Positions 60,428 through 64,000 of a stretch of 64,000 bases of DNA are shown piece after piece (position 1 is the stretch's first letter; each line of letters begins with the position of its first letter). The notes below the pieces were generated by a model. It ran no database searches, was not told the origin of the DNA, and saw only the letters and a list, made by a program, of their open reading frames with translations. The stretch comes from Candidatus Omnitrophota bacterium (GTDB lineage Bacteria > Omnitrophota > Gorgyraeia > Zapsychrales > JANLHA01), in the NCBI GenBank assembly GCA_029560465.1, contig JAKQKX010000045.1, forward strand, positions 216,260 through 280,259, in the 5' to 3' direction. Made by a program: the position numbers and the translations under genes.

Positions 60428-61158
60428 GCCCGCCGCCCTTTCTGCCTGATGATTTCATAAATAACAACCGTGACCGCGTGCGCGACATTCAAAGACATCC
60501 GCGGTTGAGCCATGGAGACCGTCACTTCCTTGTCAGCGAGTTTTAACAACACAGGCCGGACGCCTTTTTGTTCCGATCCGATCACGAGGCCGCATAAATC
60601 CGGGAAAGCGACACCGGTCAAAGGGGCCCCGCCCTGCACAACCGTCGCGGCGATCCAATACCCCTCCTCTTTGGATTGCCTGATCGCCTGGCCCAAATTA
60701 CTGACTTTAGAGACTTTCACATAATTATCCCCGCCGCAGGCGACCCGCAACACTGCTTCCGTCACCGCCACGGACTTGTGCGTGGGGAGCACAATCACAA
60801 AATCCCCCAAACAGGCCATAGTCCTGATCATGCCTCCCAGATTCTGAGGATCGGTCAACTCATCCAGAAAAATCAAAGTGGCTTTCTTCTTTTTCGCCCA
60901 GGTTAACGCCTCGCCGAACGGCGTATAAACAAAATCATCAACATCAAAAATAACCCCCTGGGTATTGGCGCTCCTCGCCATTTTTAAAATCTTGCTTCTC
61001 GGGACAATAACGACAGGGATCCCCCACTGCCGGGCCTTCTTTTGAAAATAGCCCGCGTCCGGATGCCCCTCCTGGAGAGTGATCCTGCGGATACTCTGAG
61101 GCTTTGTTTTAAGCCTCTCTAAAACAGGATTGTTTCCATAAAGCCTCATAATGCCCAT
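60424..61158 (-). CDS. rlmB: 23S rRNA (guanosine-2'-O)-methyltransferase RlmB-like (SpoU/TrmH family)
   Basis: SPOUT motifs (IFLDELTDPQNLGGMIRT; LVIGSEQKGV; SLNVAHAVTVVIYE). Confidence 0.85.
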   Translation of the reverse strand: MGIMRLYGNNPVLERLKTKPQSIRRITLQEGHPDAGYFQKKARQWGIPVVIVPRSKILKMARSANTQGVIFDVDDFVYTPFGEALTWAKKKKATLIFLDELTDPQNLGGMIRTMACLGDFVIVLPTHKSVAVTEAVLRVACGGDNYVKVSKVSNLGQAIRQSKEEGYWIAATVVQGGAPLTGVAFPDLCGLVIGSEQKGVRPVLLKLADKEVTVSMAQPRMSLNVAHAVTVVIYEIIRQKGRRA

Positions 61159-61166
61159 CCTAAATC

Positions 61167-61445
61167 CTAATCGGAATCAGGCGCGACCAAGGTTGTCCGG
61201 TGATACCGGGCATCCAATTGCTGTTTGCGCTCCTTATATTCCACATAGGTTATCTTTTTGTTGAGGTATTCCCGGTCCAATTCGTCTACCGCGCGCTGAT
61301 ATCTCAAGTAGCCCGGGTCCTGCAGAATGCTTCGAGACCCTGTTCCTGTCGAAGCGCAGCCGGCCAGAGAGGCGGTAAGGGCAACGATCAAAATCCAATC
61401 CCAGCCCCCATGAAACCAAGCCCTATTTGGCATTGTCTTCGTCAT
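61167..61445 (-). CDS. Small hypothetical lipoprotein
   Basis: ILIVALTASLAGCAS lipobox. The start is probably an internal Met; the ORF track extends to 61472, overlapping the upstream gene. Confidence 0.45.
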   Translation of the reverse strand: MTKTMPNRAWFHGGWDWILIVALTASLAGCASTGTGSRSILQDPGYLRYQRAVDELDREYLNKKITYVEYKERKQQLDARYHRTTLVAPDSD

Positions 61446-62190
61446 AAATCGATTCCATTTCTCCGCTGACACGGGTGACCGTCTTAATGGCCTTGGGAAA
61501 CAGCGCGAGCACCAGCGTGATAACGACCAGGCAGATCGAAAACCAAATGCACATCACGTCCATAACAGGCTGCCAGCCTTTCTCCCCGGCACACAGGTCC
61601 CGGTAAGCGCTCTTTTTCTTAGCCTGAATTTTTTTGCCCGCGAGCCATTTGAGGTTTGATTCCGTTTCCGTAATCCGGCCAGAAACGATATCATTGACCA
61701 CGGCCGAGTATTCACGGTTATATTCGCATTCATCCGGGTTATGCTCTTTCTGCCCGGCATACCGGATAAACTTACACTGGCACTTTTCGCAGTAAGTATT
61801 ATAAGTCAGGCGGAAAAAAATCGTATCCAAAATATTGTACACCACCCAGGGGATCAGGAAGAAAGAATAAACTGACAGCGGCTGAATCAGCGCGCGTTGG
61901 TACGTGCGGCCCATTTTATATTCATTCCGGCTGAACGTGTACATAAAACTGAACGTCCTGATTTTAAAATAATTCCCGATCAGGAACTGCGTCCGGGCAT
62001 GATTGTCCGAAGCCCGTCCGACAAAAAGTTTCCGGACAATGCCCTGGGCGATGCTGAACCCGGCCAGGAACGCCGGGGATTTCTTGGCCTCTTCCTGACG
62101 ATCCGTCGTCACGAGGATGGTGTCACAATAAAGGCAGCGGGCCCGCTCATCCATATGATACACAAGCTGACAACGGGGACATTTTTTCAA
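61423..62190 (-). CDS. Zinc-ribbon membrane protein of unknown function
   Basis: N-terminal CPRC...CLYC ribbon, a second CEKCQC cluster and at least three hydrophobic segments. Confidence 0.5.
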   Translation of the reverse strand: MKKCPRCQLVYHMDERARCLYCDTILVTTDRQEEAKKSPAFLAGFSIAQGIVRKLFVGRASDNHARTQFLIGNYFKIRTFSFMYTFSRNEYKMGRTYQRALIQPLSVYSFFLIPWVVYNILDTIFFRLTYNTYCEKCQCKFIRYAGQKEHNPDECEYNREYSAVVNDIVSGRITETESNLKWLAGKKIQAKKKSAYRDLCAGEKGWQPVMDVMCIWFSICLVVITLVLALFPKAIKTVTRVSGEMESIYDEDNAK

Positions 62191-62205
62191 GACACACTCC
62201 TTCGC

Positions 62206-62937
62206 CTACTTTTTGATCCCCAGCCATAAATAAAACAATGGCCGCAGGATGCTCCACCAACCGGTGATGGGTTTCATTTTCGTATATCCGAGTTTTTTGG
62301 CCGGATAAATTTTACTGACCCCCACTTCCACCACCCGATACCCTAAAGTCACCGCCTTATACAAAATGTAAGGCTCCAATTCATAGTGGTCCAGCCACGC
62401 CTGGTCGAGACTGATCCGCTTGTCCTGCAAAAGGCTCAACCGCATGGCCCGAAAGCCATTGGTCGTGTCCGTCATCTTCTTGCCGGTCATGATGGAAAAC
62501 AGCAACGGATGCAGGCGGGTCGCCCATTTCCGGTACAACGGCATATCGCCCCCGATGCGTTTCCCCGCCAGGTACCTTGACCCCTGCACCAGATCCGCCC
62601 CATCTGTCAAGACCGGCGCGAGAAGCTGCGGGATTTCCTCCGGGTTGTCTTTATCATTTCCCGCCATGACGACCAGGACATCGTATCGCTGGGCCTCGGC
62701 ATACCGTATCGCTGTTCTGATCGCAGCCCCGACTCCCTGCCGGGACGCGTGCCGGAGCGTCTTCACCCCCCGGTCCGCAAACGAGGCGATCATCTCTGTC
62801 GTCCCATCCGTTGAAGCATCGTCAACGATCAGGTAATCATAAGACTCCCGGCTCGGGCTGCGCAGAAAACGCTCAACAGCGTTCTTTAATTTAATGTCCT
62901 CATTAAACGCGACGGGACAGATTAAAACACGGCTCAT
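62206..62937 (-). CDS. GT2 polyprenol-phosphate glycosyltransferase (DPM1/ArnC/GtrB-like)
   Basis: VDDASTDGT...VVMAGNDKD...DLVQGSRY motifs (DXD-containing, GT-A). Confidence 0.85.
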   Translation of the reverse strand: MSRVLICPVAFNEDIKLKNAVERFLRSPSRESYDYLIVDDASTDGTTEMIASFADRGVKTLRHASRQGVGAAIRTAIRYAEAQRYDVLVVMAGNDKDNPEEIPQLLAPVLTDGADLVQGSRYLAGKRIGGDMPLYRKWATRLHPLLFSIMTGKKMTDTTNGFRAMRLSLLQDKRISLDQAWLDHYELEPYILYKAVTLGYRVVEVGVSKIYPAKKLGYTKMKPITGWWSILRPLFYLWLGIKK

Positions 62938-62986
62938 CAGGTTATAAAATGAATTTCTATTCTTTGAAGACCGGGTTAAAAAAAGA

Positions 62987-63556
62987 TTAGCTTTCTAAAA
63001 GCACCAGACCTTTATCTGATAACCGGTACCGCCTCTGGCAATGGCCGCACCGATGCCCCTCATCCAGTTTCCGCCCGCAGCGGCACATGTACCCGTGAGA
63101 CTGCGCAGGGTTTCCGAAAAACAAGCCATAAGCCGGGACATCCCGGGTGACCACGCTCCCCGCGCCGATAAAAGCGTATTCCCCGATCGATATCCCGCAG
63201 AGGATCGTGGCATTGCTGCCGAGGGTAGCCCCCCGCTGAACCGTCGTGCGCTCCAGCACCCAGGCATCATCGCGGTGGCTGCGGGGATTCCGGTCATTGA
63301 TAAAAGCGGTATGCGCCCCGCAGAACACATCGTCGGCGATGGAAACCCCGTCAAAAACATTGACGCCGTTCTTCAGGGTCACATGGTTCCCGATAACCGC
63401 CCCTTTTTCGATATAACACCCGTCACAGATATTGCAGTGCGCCCCAATAACGGCCCCGCCCTGAATATTGGCAAAAGCCCATATCCGGGTTCCCTCCCCG
63501 ATCCTCGCCTGAGGGCTGACCAGCGCGGCGGGATGCTGAAAGATCGCTTCGCCCAT
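62987..63556 (-). CDS. Hexapeptide-repeat sugar N-acetyltransferase with a C-terminal zinc ribbon
   Basis: LbH repeats throughout (WxcM/WbpD-like), then a terminal CRCG...CGHC. Confidence 0.8.
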   Translation of the reverse strand: MGEAIFQHPAALVSPQARIGEGTRIWAFANIQGGAVIGAHCNICDGCYIEKGAVIGNHVTLKNGVNVFDGVSIADDVFCGAHTAFINDRNPRSHRDDAWVLERTTVQRGATLGSNATILCGISIGEYAFIGAGSVVTRDVPAYGLFFGNPAQSHGYMCRCGRKLDEGHRCGHCQRRYRLSDKGLVLLES

Positions 63557-63558
63557 TC

Positions 63559-64000
63559 TTATTGGACCTCTATCACGACTGGATTCCCATTCTGATTCAT
63601 CGACTGCTGCACGGCGCAGAGCGTTTTAACGACATCATACCCTTTGGCAGCGTCAGCGATGTCAGGATTTTCCCCCCTGCGCACCCGGTCAATGAAATAT
63701 TGCCCCTGGACTTTTAAAGGCTCCTGAACCCCTATATGCGGGATCGTGATGCTCCCCTCCCGGGACAGCAGCTGAAATTCGCCGTACGTTTCATAAAAGG
63801 TAGACGTTCTCTCAACGTGCTTATCGTACAATTTAATCGGCCCCATCTGATCCAGGTCATCCCAGATCACCATCTTTTTATCCCCCACGATCGTGATCTG
63901 CCGGACTTTGCGGGGGTCCAGCCAGCTGACATGAATGTTCACTAAAATATTATTCGGGTACTCAAGCGCGGCAAAGGCCAGATCTTCCAGGCTGGGGCCG
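63559..64000 (-). CDS. Gfo/Idh/MocA-family oxidoreductase; C-terminal domain only, since the N-terminus lies beyond the window end
   Basis: The translation continues in frame upstream of the reported start to the window edge (...AALEYPNNILVNIHVSWLDPRKVR). The VHVSWL pattern is typical of a WbpB-like C-terminal domain. Confidence 0.7.
   Translation of the reverse strand, partial: GPSLEDLAFAALEYPNNILVNIHVSWLDPRKVRQITIVGDKKMVIWDDLDQMGPIKLYDKHVERTSTFYETYGEFQLLSREGSITIPHIGVQEPLKVQGQYFIDRVRRGENPDIADAAKGYDVVKTLCAVQQSMNQNGNPVVIEVQ

Noticed and set aside
1-64000. CRISPR arrays, IS elements, integrases, toxin-antitoxin pairs and restriction-modification genes
   Set aside because: No direct-repeat and spacer periodicity anywhere. 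No transposase or integrase-like ORFs. No small paired ORFs with TA-like features. The window is core genome.

Overview
This 64 kb window is a gene-dense chromosomal segment with about 57% GC, coded almost entirely on the minus strand. The content is housekeeping and envelope-biogenesis. The gene order is Firmicutes-like. One block runs yaaT-holB-tmk, cysS-cysE-ispF-ispD-yacL-radA-X-clpC-mcsB-mcsA. A second block runs ispE-spoVG-glmU-prs-ctc-pth-rpsF-ssb-rpsR-rplI-dnaB. These sit next to a classical diderm outer-membrane and lipid A cluster: bamA-skp-lpxD-(lpxC/fabZ fusion)-lpxA-lpxI, then lysS and lolCD. The organism is therefore an LPS-containing diderm with Firmicutes-type synteny, possibly from a deep-branching or candidate lineage. 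One tRNA-Gln(UUG) is present. Only two convincing plus-strand genes exist: a ppiD-like chaperone and a small PilZ-domain protein. I found no CRISPR array, transposase, integrase or obvious mobile element. The most unusual local features are listed next. SpoVG carries an internal zinc-ribbon insertion. A secreted protein of unknown function sits where disA normally lies between radA and clpC. CysE has an N-terminal membrane segment and no C-terminal Ile. An AT-rich mini-island (about 41.6-43.7 kb) encodes a cyclophilin-like DUF protein, a micro-ORF, a PilZ effector with an unknown N-domain, and a lipoprotein. A Cys-rich membrane protein overlaps the ABC-F start. A TMTC/PMT-like GT-C plus TPR protein is coupled to an AsmA-like protein, next to an Hpt plus hybrid PAS kinase phosphorelay. 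At the 3' end there is a partial glycan-modification cluster: a zinc-ribbon membrane protein, a DPM1-like GT2, a hexapeptide acetyltransferase with a C-terminal zinc ribbon, and a Gfo/Idh/MocA oxidoreductase. All calls rest on reading the translated ORFs against remembered family motifs. No database search was run.
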